This document shows positions 24,901 to 38,000 of a stretch of 64,000 nt of DNA, in pieces. Each line of letters begins with the position of its first letter. Position 1 is the stretch's first letter. The stretch spans positions 6,572,001-6,636,000 of the forward strand of contig CM060731.1 in the NCBI GenBank assembly GCA_030704615.1, given 5' to 3'. The translations under genes were made by a program, and so were the position numbers. The stretch is from Takakia lepidozioides (Eukaryota > Plantae > Bryophyta). The notes below the pieces were generated by a model, which was given only the letters and a program-made list of their open reading frames with translations, was not told the origin of the DNA and ran no database searches.

Positions 24901-27900
24901 CCTGATCCCTCCCTTTGGCACATAGAGACGTTTTTGCTTATACCGGAGCAGTCCGTTTTGCAAGTGGAACTGCGATTTAACCCCCATTCTCAAGTTCTGC
25001 ATCACGCACTTTGCCAGCTCATCCTTCCGGCAAGCCTTCCGGATCTTCCTTTGGAGCGCCGTCTCGCCCTTGTACACCAACAAGAGCTGCTGCTTTCTAC
25101 TTAAAGCATCGGCCACCACATTGTCCCGTCCCGGTTTGTACTGGATATCCACGTCGAACACTGCCAAAGTATCTTGCCACCTAAGTTGTTTTGGGGACAA
25201 CTTGGGCTGCGTGGCAAAATACTTCACCGTGACATTGTCCGTGAACACCTTCACTGGGTTGGAACCAACATAGTGGCGCCAGAGTTCAAGGCAATGTACC
25301 ACCGCCTTCATCTCTTTTTCGTGCGTCGGCCACCGTCGCTCCACTTCATTCAGTTTCTTACTTTCGTAAGCCACTGGACGTCCATCTTGCATAAGTACAC
25401 CCCCAATTGCGAAGTCCGATGCATCTGTATGAATCTCAAACGGACGATCGAACTCCGGGATTTTTAAGACTGGAGCTTCCGTCATCCGCTGCTTCAATTC
25501 AGCAAAAGCTTGGCCACAAAATGTGTTCCATACCCAGACTTTGGATTTACACAGAAGGTCCGACAGCGGCCCCGCGATCTTGGCGAAATTTCTCACATAC
25601 TTCCGGTAATAGGAGGCGAGTCCTAGGAAGGATCGCACTCCCGGGACCGAAGTCGGAGGCTCCCAGTCCAAGATCGCCCTCACCTTTCTGTCATCCATTT
25701 TGATCCCATCCTGTGTAATCACATGCCCCAAGAACTCCACTTTCGTGACCCCGAATTCGCACTTTGAAGCTTTGGCATACAGCTTCCCTTCCCGCAATTT
25801 TTGGAACACCCTTTTGAGGTGCTCCAGGTGCTCCTCCTTTGTTTTCGAGTACACCAAGATGTCGTCGATGTACACGATCACAAAGTCATCCAACCACTCC
25901 TGGAAAAGGCTGTTCATCAGCGTGCTAAATGTCGCTGGTGCATTGGTGAGCCCAAAAGGCATCACCAAGAACTCATATGAACCATACCTTGTCCTGCACG
26001 CGGTCTTCTCCTCATCTCCTTCCGCCACCCGAATTTGGTGATAGCCGGAGCGCAAGTCGATCCGGCTGAAATACTTCGCTCCTGCCAACCGATCGAAGAG
26101 GTCGTCGATCCTTGGCAAAGGGTACCGGTTTTTGATAGTCACCTTATTCAGAGCCCTGTAATCGACACACATCCGCAGCGTCCCATCCTTCTTGTCTGCA
26201 AATAGCACCGGGGCTCCGTAAGGTGACTTACTCGGCCGGATGTACCCCTTTGACATTAGATCTTTGAGCTGAGTCTTCAGCTCGACCAACTCTTTGTGGC
26301 TCAACCGGTAGGGCGCCTTGGCAGGCGGTTCCGATCCCGGTATCACCTCAATTTGTGGTCAACTCCTCTTCGCGGTGGCAAGCCGCTTGGTAAATCCTCC
26401 GGCATCACATCCTGGTATTTCTCCAAAATCCCCTTGATCCAATCTGGGCTCGGCTCCCCATCGCCTTCTCCTTTCACTTCTCTAATGTAAAGCAAAAACT
26501 GGGACTCGTGTGTCTCCTCCACGGCCCACTCCTTTGCTGATAGAAGGTTTATTCGCCCTCCCACGGATTTGGGCGTTTCCGACACTCGTAAAACCTCGCC
26601 ACCATTCCCACATGGCAGCGTGACTACTCTCTTGCGGCCATCTATGACCGCTCCGGATTTGCTCAAAAAGGTCATTCCCAAAATGAGATCCACTCCATCG
26701 ATCTCGCAGATAGTGAAGTTCTCACGTCCCTCCCAACTCCCCAGTTGAAGAGGAACATCAAACGCCAACCTTGTCGCCAACTGAGGTTCTCCTTTGGCAG
26801 AGCGCACCTCAATAGAGGCCCCCACGTCACTTGTCGGGAGTCCCAACTTTCGCGCCGTCGCCGGCGTCATGAAGGAGTGCGACGCTCCTGTGTCCACCAA
26901 CAACGACACATTAGTTCCGGATATTATCCCATCCACGAACAATAACTGACTCCCTTTTCGTAAGGCGCCAGTTTCCTGATACAACTCACAAGAAAATTTG
27001 CCTACCTTGCAAGTCCTGGCGACCACCGCTTCCACCAAGCGACTGATGGTATCTTCCGACAGCTCCGTGGTCGCCCGAGTCATGTTCAATTGCCGGGGCT
27101 TCGTGCACTTCTTGGCCATGTGCCCGGGCTCCCCGCAATTGAAACACACTCCAAAAGGTCGCCTTCTGTCCGCCATAAGCGCTCCACCCGCTTTTCCTTT
27201 CGAAGCACCGGTGCCGCCTTGACGTGTTGAGGACCTCCCTTCGATTTCCACGTGCCATTTTCGCCGCGTGGCCTATCCCACTTCTTTTCCGGTCGGGAGG
27301 AGTCACCTTCCCGCCGGGTCTTCTTGTGGTTCAGCTCCGTACGGCCTTGTCTCTCACCCCTAGGGACATCCGAGAAACATTCAGCTCTCTCAATTGCCTC
27401 GTTTCAAAGTCTTGGGTGGCTTCTCCTCCAACTTCCGCCTAGCCCATGGGGCCAGTCCCGCCACAAAGTTGAAGACCATTTCTGGTTCTGCCATGTCCGC
27501 GACTTCGAGCAACAGCACATTGAAAGCCTGGACATACCCCCGAATGTCATCTGTTTGCTTTCAAATTCCTCATCTTGTCCCGGGCAAGCCAGGACGCGTT
27601 GAGGGCACACAAACTGTCTCTTCATCAATTCCTTGAACTCACTCCAGTTCAAGGTTTCCGGGCTTGGGCCTCGGTCGTGAAGGCGTTTCTGCCACCATTG
27701 TTGAGCATAGCCCCTCAAATAGGTGGGAGCCACTTCCACCCGATCCTCGTCACTCAACTTGGCCGCCCGGAAGTACTGCTCTTAGCTCCAGGAGCCAGGT
27801 GTTGAGTGCCTTCCGGTTTCGAACGCCCTCGAAGGTGCCGGGTTCCTTAGGCTTCACCTTAAACTTTGCCTTGGTGGAAGTGGCATTAGCCGCCTTCAAC

Positions 27901-28947
27901 ACGTCTTTCAACGTCCCGCCAAACTGCGCCAACAACCCTTCCCAAAAGGCTGCCGGCATGGGAGGCATCTCTTGGTTTGTCGGAGCTCTCAAAGATTCCT
28001 CGGGCTCCGACTCCTCGGATTCCTCCCGCTCCTGAGCGGCCTCGTTTTCGGAAACATTAATCGCTTCCCAAACGGCCGCCTCGGTGACACGTCGCCCCCA
28101 TCGGCTCACCGGGATCATCATCTTTTGGGCCGTTCCGCTTTCGCTCGGCTTGCCCGACCCCATGATGAGGCCAATCCCCAAGGACGATCGCGTACTGAAC
28201 TCTAAGCTCTGATACCAAGTGTCGCACACCTCAGTTCGGTAAAATCCCCTTCAAGTCATAGTTACTCGCTTTGATGCGCTCCCGCGACTGACTCCCAACC
28301 TGGCTGCGCCGGGCCAACTTTGGAGTTTCGGCTGCTCACCGGGACATAACGGTCCCCTTCCGCTTTCCCTCTAAACCCTCCCCTATTTGGGACTAGGAGA
28401 ATTCCCTTTGGTAGATGGCAGTCCGGAACAGCTCCCCACTCTTTGGTCGCTTTCCGGCTCGCTCGCTTACTCACTAGTTTTTGGTCACCAACGGGCTTGC
28501 ACCGTTCTCGGGGTTACTACTCCTATATATACTTCTGTAGCTGTCCGCGGGGGTTTCATAACCAGCCATGCCATTTTATGGCGAACCACCACGAAAACCC
28601 TCGACTCCCGGTGGTGAGTCGCGGTGAGTCTTGGCCCACTCACGCGGCCCCAATGGACCGTGATGAGTCCCAAGACTCCCCACGACTCCCACCTCGAGGT
28701 CTCCCCCCATGGTGAGTCCTATGCCACCCCCACTAAGTCCCACTAAGCTACCACCACCCCTTGTGGAGCCACCTCCACCGCAACCCGGTGTGCGGGGCTC
28801 CACCTAGTGAGCGCCTCCGCCTCCTTGAGTGCCTTGGGCACTCAAGGGTGCTTCAGCCCCCCATACCATCGCTGCCGCTGCCCCCACCACAGGGGCAGCC
28901 CCTCATGTGTCCCGACCCCCTGCCCTCAAGGCAAAGGGCCGCCGACA
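21982..28947 (-). mobile_element. Full-length Ty3/gypsy chromovirus (Tcn1-like), copy B1
   Basis: LTRs at 21982-22700 and 28220-28947. 5-bp TSD ACAAA at 21977-21981 and 28948-28952. PBS-Met at 28206-28217. Domain order gag-PR-RT-RH-INT-chromo. Confidence 0.95.
23606..28160 (-). CDS. B1 gag-pol polyprotein, broken by several single-base frameshifts
   Basis: [14 protein letters not shown] knuckle, LVDTGAS protease, [17 protein letters not shown] RNase H, integrase and a chromodomain. Confidence 0.92.
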
Positions 28948-28952
28948 ACAAA

Positions 28953-31900
28953 TGCTTGCAAGGGCAGTTGATGACCCCCCTTGTGCGCATGAGTCGGAAG
29001 TCGGTGCAATTGCAGGTGGGTAATTCTGAAATGGTGATGGTGTACACCTCATTCAGAACAGCTGACCCGCCGTGGCCCATTTGATACACACGCCCGAATC
29101 CTGGTGGGGGCACTTCTTTCGAGCTTGGATTGTACACAGTTCATCGAAGTGCATTCCCCATCCTTGTCTCGTTCACTTTTGAGGGAGGTCGCCGCCTCTT
29201 CGGTTTCCCCAACGGTGTGTAGGATGCTTAGAGCTGTCGTGTCCCATTGTTCTTGCTCTCACAGGTGTCGGTGGTGGAGGCTGGGGAAGCGGAAATGGTT
29301 CTATGGGGAGACGTCAGTGCGCTGCCCATCCGAAATCCTGCGGCGGTAAGGGGCGTCGGCCTCAACCTGACTCAGAATCGCAGCCTGTGCACCGGCCCAC
29401 CGGGGGAGCCTCTGGCATTGTTTGTATGCCGTTACTGGGCTTTCCATACAAGTCAAAGTCATAATGTCGTGTGCAGTTGCAGAACAGAACGGGGTGGTTG
29501 TCGCCTCCGCAAACTTTGCATGGACAAATCTTCCTGTAAAAGTAGGAGCAGGGACAGCCCCATCTGGATCCTCCTTATCATCTCTAAACAACGTGCGTGT
29601 ATCCACACGAATTGCGGAACACCTCCTCGAAACGCGGCTTTGTGCGAGCACTTCTCCATGGGAGGCAGACACAGTCGTATCCACAATGGGGGGGTCTCCG
29701 GAATGTGGGGGGCAATGGCTTGGCCATACTGCATAACAGCGGGCGGAATGTGGGGCAAGGGAGCGGTGGGACTTTTTTGCACGAAATCCCCGGTGAGGCG
29801 ACGGCGATCTGGAATTTCTTGGGCTTCCACTGCTGGAAGACACATTGTGCGGCGGGCAACATGACGGGACCTCGAGGTGCTGTCCGAATGTTCCTGTCGG
29901 ATCTCCAGGAATCCTCTTCGCACCTGGGTTCCTCTTCAATCCTCCGCCTGACAGGGCGAGTCCGGACGTCCCCCTCTAGGTGTTCACCTCTGCGGTGCAG
30001 AGGCGTCCCTTTGATCTTCTCTCGCAATGCTGTCGCCCATTTCACTGGAATCTTGGACCTCGAAGCTGTTCGTACCAACAATTCCTCCCTGTCCGGCCCA
30101 AAGCCCCATTGTTTGCCGCTCAGGAACTTGTAGTACGTGGCTTGCTGCATGATTGCTCTGTCGATGTCCTCCGTTGTGGCCGTCACTACGTCCACCAGAT
30201 GTGCGGCAGAAGACGCTCGCCAGGAGGAGTGGACCGATTCTGCCATATTCGTGTTCGGCATGTCCGTGTCGGAATCCAAGCACCGCTCCTAGAAGGACAC
30301 AAACAATGGTGAGGGACCAATCGAAATGTCCGTAACAGAAAGACAAATGAACGAAATTGACAGCAGCCTACCTCCCGCATGTACTGTCCGAACTGTCGAT
30401 ACCGAAAATGCCACCACCCCAACCAGCTGTGCAATGCTCCCAGATTGGTTGTCTCCACTGCACCTGACGTGTTCCACCAAGCCTCGATGATAGCAAACTT
30501 AACCTCCGCGTCATCAAATGTGGGTGCATCCTTCCACGCCGTAAAAAGGACACGGTGTGTTCAGCCTGGAATGAGCTAGCAACAAATTTGGGTGTAGTGG
30601 GATAGACTCTGCATCCAATGGAATCCACAGGATCTCTCTTTCCCCTCCATTGGAACATTGGGGTCCTCACCGTACACACGCCGCACCGCTGCCAGTTGGC
30701 CTGAGCGTTGTCTGCCATGAATCCCCTGAAATTGGGCTCTGGCAATCCCGCCCTTGCCATCTGCTCGTTTATGCCCTCCCACAGATGCATCTCGGACTGT
30801 GTGTCCTCCCCTTTCATCTCGCAGATTGCAATCGTCATGAGCCTCTTGGAGTGATAGTCATAAACATGCGCACCCATAGTCACCCACTGATGGTTTGTAA
30901 TTCGCTTGATGTGATCAAACATCACCCAAGCATTCGACAAGTTTCCAGTTGTCATGCGAGTGACCAAGTCGACTCCACTCCCAGGCCCACACGTCGACAT
31001 TTTGAAAATGTAACAACGATCGGATTCGCTGCCTTGCCCTGGAAACCTGCTACCTTGGATGTAGTCATATCCAGTCATTCGTTTCACCTCCAGGATTGAG
31101 TACATGTCCGACCCCCTGCCGAACTCCTGCTTGCAAGATACGATGTGATTCCGCACATTCGGACTACAAACGTGCGAGACGGACTCCAAGAGGTCACGCA
31201 TCTCGTCTTCGGTCAAGGGCTCTCGGTCGGAACCATCTTCAGACATGATTTTGCCAAGAGCAATCTTGTGGGCTGCCTTCAGCTGAATCTGCTTTGGTCT
31301 GGCTCCGGGGCTCAATTTCACCTCCTCTTTTATGATGTCGTGTGCTTCCTGCACAGCCTCACGCATGTTGCCTCTCGCCAAGGGGTGGCAGTGGACCCCA
31401 ACGTGTATGCAAGCTCTAGTCAAGTCCGGGAGCAAATGGATTACGTAATATTGCTTGGCTCTGCACATGGACATGCACGTCGGTGGTTCTTTGCAATGTG
31501 CACACTTGAAAGAACCCGCAGGAGCTTGGCTGGAGACAATGAATGGATGATGCGTTGTGCCAGTCCAATCCGTCTCGTTTCTCCGCCCTCCTTTGGAGAG
31601 AAAGTGGAAGCAGGTGGGATTGAGGCACCTCAGCTTCCCCGCACAGAGGACATATCGTACACGAACACCATCAGCAATTTTCGTGCTACTGGTCTTCGTC
31701 ACACACCAGGGGTGTCCGTCATGCTTTCGATCCATGTCTGTTAACATCCCGGAGGCTTTCTTTGACGAAGAAACAGGTGGAAACTCGAAGATGACACTTG
31801 CCATCGACTTCGGGAGGCAGAAACGTTACCTTTCTGACTGGGAATTTGGCATAGTCGAGAGCAGCCAGCTCGGAGCGAGAACCATCGAGGTGATGTTGTC

Positions 31901-32364
31901 GTAGGAGCTGCACAATGGACCGGGTTGGAGTTATGCTCGAGGGCACATGCGTAGCACCTACAGAGACGTCCATGCCGGATTTGAACGACCGTGTGGAGGA
32001 CATGGGTACCTCAATGCAATCATCTTCCTCGTCGGAAATGTCGAATACGTCCACACGAGAAGCTATGGAGGGTCTTGACGGTCCAGGTCGGGAATGATTA
32101 TCGTTGCATACCTCTCTGTTGGCAGTGGCCGCCTCTCGGTTTCCGGACTCTTTTGTGGATGGTGTGGGCAGCGACTGATTCGGAAAGGGAATGGGCATTC
32201 CCACAGCTCGGTACAGGATGGTGTCTGACGGGGGGAACGTGCCATTCGATTCCGCAACCTCCGTCGTTACCTAGCACGACAATGGTCTCGTCAACCTGTC
32301 CAGGAACATCCTTCTTTCTTCTTCCAAATAAACTGTGCCCGGTTTGAGCTTGAATTTGGAACAA
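28953..32364 (-). CDS. MULE-like DDE transposase with an N-terminal GCM-like Zn domain and a C-terminal SWIM finger (spliced, frameshifted, disrupted by B1)
   Basis: GCM-like pattern W..T...CAGKLRCLNPTC...CAHC...C...GVHCHP. Catalytic candidates VMFDH, FMADN and TNMAES, plus a CGFHW (CxxH) motif. SWIM motif YTITISELPTCNCTDF...CKHL. GT-AG intron at ~30290-30372. Start position uncertain. Confidence 0.8.
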
Positions 32365-32895
32365 AGGTAAGTTTCAGTCACTCTGCAAAGTCCTCCCTCG
32401 TTTGGGATCCAGGCTCTCCCAAGTTGCGGGAGGACAGCAAACTATAGCGTAGGAATTCGGAGCCATCGAACACCGCACGGAGTTGGCAAGTGCGAGGTTC
32501 AGTATAGCGACAGACCAAGGCTCACAGGCACCATCTAAGTGGATCTGCGGAGTCCATCGACGATTGGAAGTCGCACATTGAAGTGGAAAGTATTGTTTCA
32601 AGCTACATGCATGAAGGTGGGAGGTTTGATTCCATAGCCAGTGAGTATGACAATGATGGCCGATTCGGCGACGAAATAACATCTCCTGACAGTTTCTCCT
32701 GAGGGTGGATCCAGCAGTATTCTCGGTGCAGACAGGAACGTTCGCACTGACAAGTGCCAGGACTGCTGGTTAAAACGGTCAGACAACCAAGTTGTGCTCA
32801 TCAAGACTGGCCGCAATTGTGTTGTTTCGGAACAATGCAACCCATTGAGGTTCCAGATTTCCCGTCCCGAGTGATTCTTTCGATTGCTGGTGGAC

Positions 32896-34601
32896 GGAAA
32901 TACGGCGCCGCATTTCCGTATTGCATCTTGGTCATGCACCAGAGCGACGGAAATGCGGCACCGAGTTTCCGTCCGGGGGAAACCTTTATACTCTCCAGAA
33001 CGGAAATGCGGTAACGCATTTCCATCCAGCAAGCACGGTATGTGAAGGTCGAACGGAAATGCGGTACCGCATTTCCGTTCTGATTGAGATTTATGAACAA
33101 CGGGAACAGAAATGCGGCACCGCATTTCCGTCCGAGTCGCACTTTTCCGACATTTCAGAACGGAAATGCGGCGCCGCATTTCCATTTTGTATCTGATGCA
33201 TGGAGCTGAGGGATAGAAATGCTGCAGCACATTTCCGTCCTTAAAAGACATTCATACTCTCCAGAACGGAAATGCGGTACCGCATTTTCATTCAACAAGC
33301 ACGGTATGTGAAGGTGGAACGGAAATGCGGTACCGCATTTCCGTTCTGATTGAGATTTATGAACAACGGGAACAGAAATGCGGCACCGCATTTCCGTCCG
33401 AGTCGCACTTTCCGACATTCCAGAACGGAAATGCGGCGCCGCATTTCCATTTTGTATCTGATGCATGGAGCCGAGTGCGATTCCGACAGCTTCATACAGC
33501 GCAATTCCGACCGCTTGAGACATTCATACTATCCAGAACGGAAATGCGGCACCGCATTTCCGTTCTGACTGAAAATCGTGAACCATCTGAACTGAAATGC
33601 GGCAGCGTATTTCCATCCGAGTCGCACCTACCAACATTCCAGAACGGAAATGCGGTACCGCATTTCCGTTCTGACTGAAAATCGTGAACCATCGGAACTG
33701 AAATGCGGCAGCGCATTTCCATCCGAGTCGCACCTCCCAACATTCCAGAACGGAATGTATTAGATTCAAAAGGGAAATGCGGCACCGCATTTCCGTTCTG
33801 ATGAAATATCCTGAAACATCGGAACTGAAATGCGGTACCGCATTTCCGTCGGAGTCGCACCTTCCGACATTCCAAAACGGAAATGCGGCGCCGCATTTCC
33901 GTTTTGTATGTGAGGCATGGAGCTGTGGAACGAAAATGCGGCACAACATTTCCGCCAGCGTCAGACGTTAATACTCTACAGAACGGAAATGCGGTACCGC
34001 ATTTCCATTCTGACTGAAAATCGTGCGCAACCGGAACAGAAATGCGGCACCGCATTTCCGTTCGAGTCGCACCTTCCGACATTCTAGAACGGAAATGCGG
34101 CGCCGCATTTCCGTTTTGTATATTGGGCCTGGAGCTGTGCTACGGAAATGTGTTGCCGCATTTCCATCCATGTGAGACCTTCAAACTTTCCAGACCGGAA
34201 ATGCGGCACCGCATTTCTGTCCAGGTGAGACCTCTATACTTTCCCGAACGGAAATGTGGCACGGCATTTCCATTCATCAACTAACGTATGTGAAGTGGGA
34301 ACGGAAATGCGCGGTACCGCATTTCCGTTCACATTGAAAATCATGAACCACGGGAACTGAAATGTTGTGCCTCATTCCCGTCCCAATCGCACCTTTCGAC
34401 ATTCAGAACGGAAATGCGGCGCCGCATTTCCCTTTTGAATCTCATACATGGAGCTGTGGGACGGAAATGCGGCACCGTATTTCCGTTCAACAACTAAGGT
34501 ATGTGAAGGTGGAACGGAAATGCGGTGCCGCATTTTCTTCCAACAAGTACGGATGTGTAGCTTTGTGATGGTACTTAACGGAAATGCGGCGCCGCATTCG
34601 C
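32896..34601. repeat. Array 1 of the 22-bp palindrome GGAAATGCGGYRCCGCATTTCC (~31 copies, 53-bp period)
   Basis: Copies start at 32896, 32949, 33002, 33055, 33108, 33162, 33215, 33268, 33321 and onward. Spacers recur in a higher-order pattern. Confidence 0.95.
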
Positions 34602-35038
34602 ATTTTCGCTCCAACTCATCAGACGCTTGGGACGGAAATACCTTGAAATGTGAACACGTGGAGCAACGGAATTGCTGCACATGTCGGCACTCTATCTGAC
34701 TGAAGGGGCATGAGGCGGCGCGGCCTGACCGTTGGATAATGATGTTTGTTTTTCGGACGGCAGGCGTACCCTCAACGATTCGAATTTCGTAATGACGCAA
34801 ACTCCACGAGGAGACACTTTCGTCCAACCCTTTCGAACCCAAGTGGTGCATCACCGCCGTTTCATCTACTTTTGTCGTGTCTCCTCAGTCACCCCTCTCG
34901 CGCCCTTTCCATCTGCACTCTTTGCCCCTTTTCCCTCTCTCTGTTCTTCTTATGCTCGAACCTGAGAGGGGGGGAGTTCGTGCACCAGACAGGAGACCTC
35001 GTCGCAAGCTCCGGAAATTATACTTCGGACGTAGGCCA

Positions 35039-38000
35039 ATGCCGAAGGGGAGGAAGCAGATGCGTCTACAGGAGGAGATTGCCATCTCCGAGCAGCAGGC
35101 CACTCAGGCAACCCAGCCACCAGTGAGAGCTCCATGCGATCGGGCTGCGCGCAGCTGATCGAGCACCGAACCCCCCATTTTGCTTCTGTAATTCTTAGAC
35201 TGAATGCTAGGAGACTTGAATGCAGAACATGTTTGCATGCCTAACAGGAAAGGTGGACGTGCTGGAGGGATCGCAGGAATCCGAAGAGCCGCAGGAAGAG
35301 TCCGAGGAGCTAGCTGCAGCACGTACACCCACCCGATCCCCGAGCGCGGGTATTCCTGCCGGGCCTAGCCCTCTGCGATTCAAAGACGCGTCTTCGAAGG
35401 GCAAGTTCAAAGTCCCAGAGATCGACTCGCGTTCTTCGATCATGGAGAATCGCCAGCAGGGGTCGGGCCCTTCTCCAGCAAAGTCGAAGAAGAAGCAGCC
35501 CGTCCCTCTACTGGCTTCTGAACCGGCTCAGGCCGATTCACCCCCCCCCAACGCGAATGAAGCAGCAGGGTAGAAGACAGATTCAATTGCAGCAGACACC
35601 TTCACCTGCAAGGATGAGGAAGCAGAAGGCAATCAGGGCGACGGGCGAACAATCTCCCGCAAAACCGCTTCCACGAGCTGAAGCTCAGTTCCTGGAGGAT
35701 TTCCCGCCTGCAGATGTTGGGGCCGACTCTGCTGCAGCGAAGGCAATGGGATCGACCGTTGATGTCGATTTGGTACCGGAGGAGGGTGCTGCCGCTGAAC
35801 GTTCGCAGCAGACCTCACCACCGATGAGCAAGCAGGCCCGGAGGAGGCCTCTGCAATGGCAGAATTGCCCGCAGACAGGCCCCAGAGTGCAGCTCCAGTT
35901 GAGGATGCTCCAGCTGCTCAGCCACTACCGGCACCTACAGACATGTCTCCGGAGGATTTCAAAAGTGCAGCGGATAAAATGTTGGAGGAGACACACAGTA
36001 GCATTGGCAGAGTTCTGGGCAGCAGGGTATTCCAGCGGACTCTTCGAATCCCACTCTGTCGCATGGTCTCCCTTCCCATCGTCAGGCAGGCCCTTCCCGG
36101 AGATGTGGATAAGCTCAAGTTCGCATTTCGAGAAGGGTACCGTCTGGGATCGGCAGCGTTTTACGTTTCCATTGAGAATGAGGACGGCGAAACTCGTGGA
36201 CCCACTGCCGATGAATTGTCAACGTGGGATACCCACTGGCACACTCGCAAACCACGAATTCGAGGCGACGCTGAAGGGTGATCCAGACTTCGGCCATATG
36301 TCGGGTAAAATGTTCTTTGTGTGGGACGGGAATCACCGACTTCTCGCCTGGTGGGAGTACATCAAGCAGAACCATGCCAAGCACATTGGCTGGCATTACA
36401 TGGTGGAGTGTGTCATCCTCAAGGTGAAGGCGGCAGACTCCTCCCTGCTCAAGAATGCCATGGCGGACCTCAACTCGTAAGATACTCATACCCTCCCTAG
36501 CACGTTCGAAATGCGGTGCCGCATTTCGGTTTCCATTCTGGTTTGTTTCCGTGCTTCCGTGTACTGAACTGGAGAGTGTGCCTTGCAGGGTCACTGAGAA
36601 TGCGTACGTGCATACCCACATGGCACACATGCTGTACAGGGTGAGGAAAACTGGTCTCACTGATCCGCAGATGTTTGCGGAAATGCTGGAGCCCGAGCTC
36701 ATTCAGAAAGCCGTTGCAAAAACAGACCGGACATGGTATCGTCTCACTATGGATGGAATGGTGGAGGTGATATACGAAGTAAGTCGTCCTCCAATTTCCC
36801 TCTGCTCATCCTTCCCCAATTTTCAGTAATGTTTCCACATGAATCGAATGTAACGCTTCTGCATGTTTTTGTTGGCAGTCAAACATCAAGCTGGATTTGG
36901 CCCATGCCAAACGCTTCTTCATGGAAAGTGAGGGGCAGGTCAAAACGTTGCAGTCATTGACTGAGCACTTGAAGGAAGCCGGTGTCAAGTCCAGAACCAA
37001 ATACAAGTCAAAGCTTGTGAAGCTGGTGGCAATTGCAGATCCGGCACTTGGAAAGGACTTCATCCCCGAGATTGCAAAACACTATTCTCGGGCCATGCAG
37101 CCGACCATGCAATTGGAGAAACTGCATCACCTCTCAACGGCATGTGTGGAGGCGAAAGAGAAGGTGAGGTTTCAATGCACTGAAGTTCCTTCCTAGCAAT
37201 AGCCACTCTCTTCCAGCTCCTGACATTGGATCGGAAATGGCAGACACGGTGGCTGTCGATCTGGAATGCATCCGAGAGCATAAGGACAATGTGGTCTTTT
37301 CCACTGGAAGTTTCCGACCCTGCAGTGGATGTGTGGCTCAACCGTATGACTTGGTGGTTCCAGGTAATTCAAGGTACTTCCCCAGATTTGCTTTTCTGAC
37401 ATGAATTCCCTGAACTGCTACGTGACAATGGATTTGGGAATGGCAGGTAATGTCGAATGCGAAGGAGCAAGTCGTAATGCACACAAATTCGTTCGGCTTG
37501 TACGTCAAATGGGATGGAACACAGACATTGGAAGACTACGTGACACGTTTCAGATGTGCGTACAAGGACAACCTTTTCGCCAGAGAGCTACAGACAGCAA
37601 GAAGGAGCGTGGAGTTTACACATCAGGAGGGAGCGGGGAAAGCTGCAATGCGAATTGTTTACAGGTGAAGCACAGCTGCCCTTGTATGCGAAGCCTGGTT
37701 ACGAGGTTTGTCTCGGAAATGCGGCACCGCATTCGCATTTTATGTTTTCGGTGGCACTCTGCCAGTAGGTTGGTCTCAACTTTTGCTCACGCATGCTGAC
37801 TGCCTTGCAGGTATATGAAATACGTGCTCCTTCAGACAGGGGCCCTGGCTCAAGAGCCCCCGTTCTTCATGGCTTGGACCGTGGCGGGCCCAAGCTGTGT
37901 CTACACACCCGAGATGCAGAAACAATGGCATCCCGCGCATCTCGTTGGATGCCCGTGGTACCTGGACATGTCTGGCGGTATTGTTGACGAGTCTGAGAAA

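Noticed and set aside
19569-27222. Plus-strand ORFs overlapping chromovirus pol
   Set aside because: Antisense shadows of pol with no independent evidence.
32896-34601. CRISPR array (palindromic 22-bp repeat with 31-bp spacers)
   Set aside because: The spacers are themselves repeated and related, copies also occur singly in introns, there are no cas genes, and the context is a eukaryotic TE.
32598-34854. Many ORFs with EMRCRISV/KCGAAFP/GNAAPHF repeats (also at 40392-41145)
   Set aside because: These are translation artefacts of the palindrome arrays, open on both strands.
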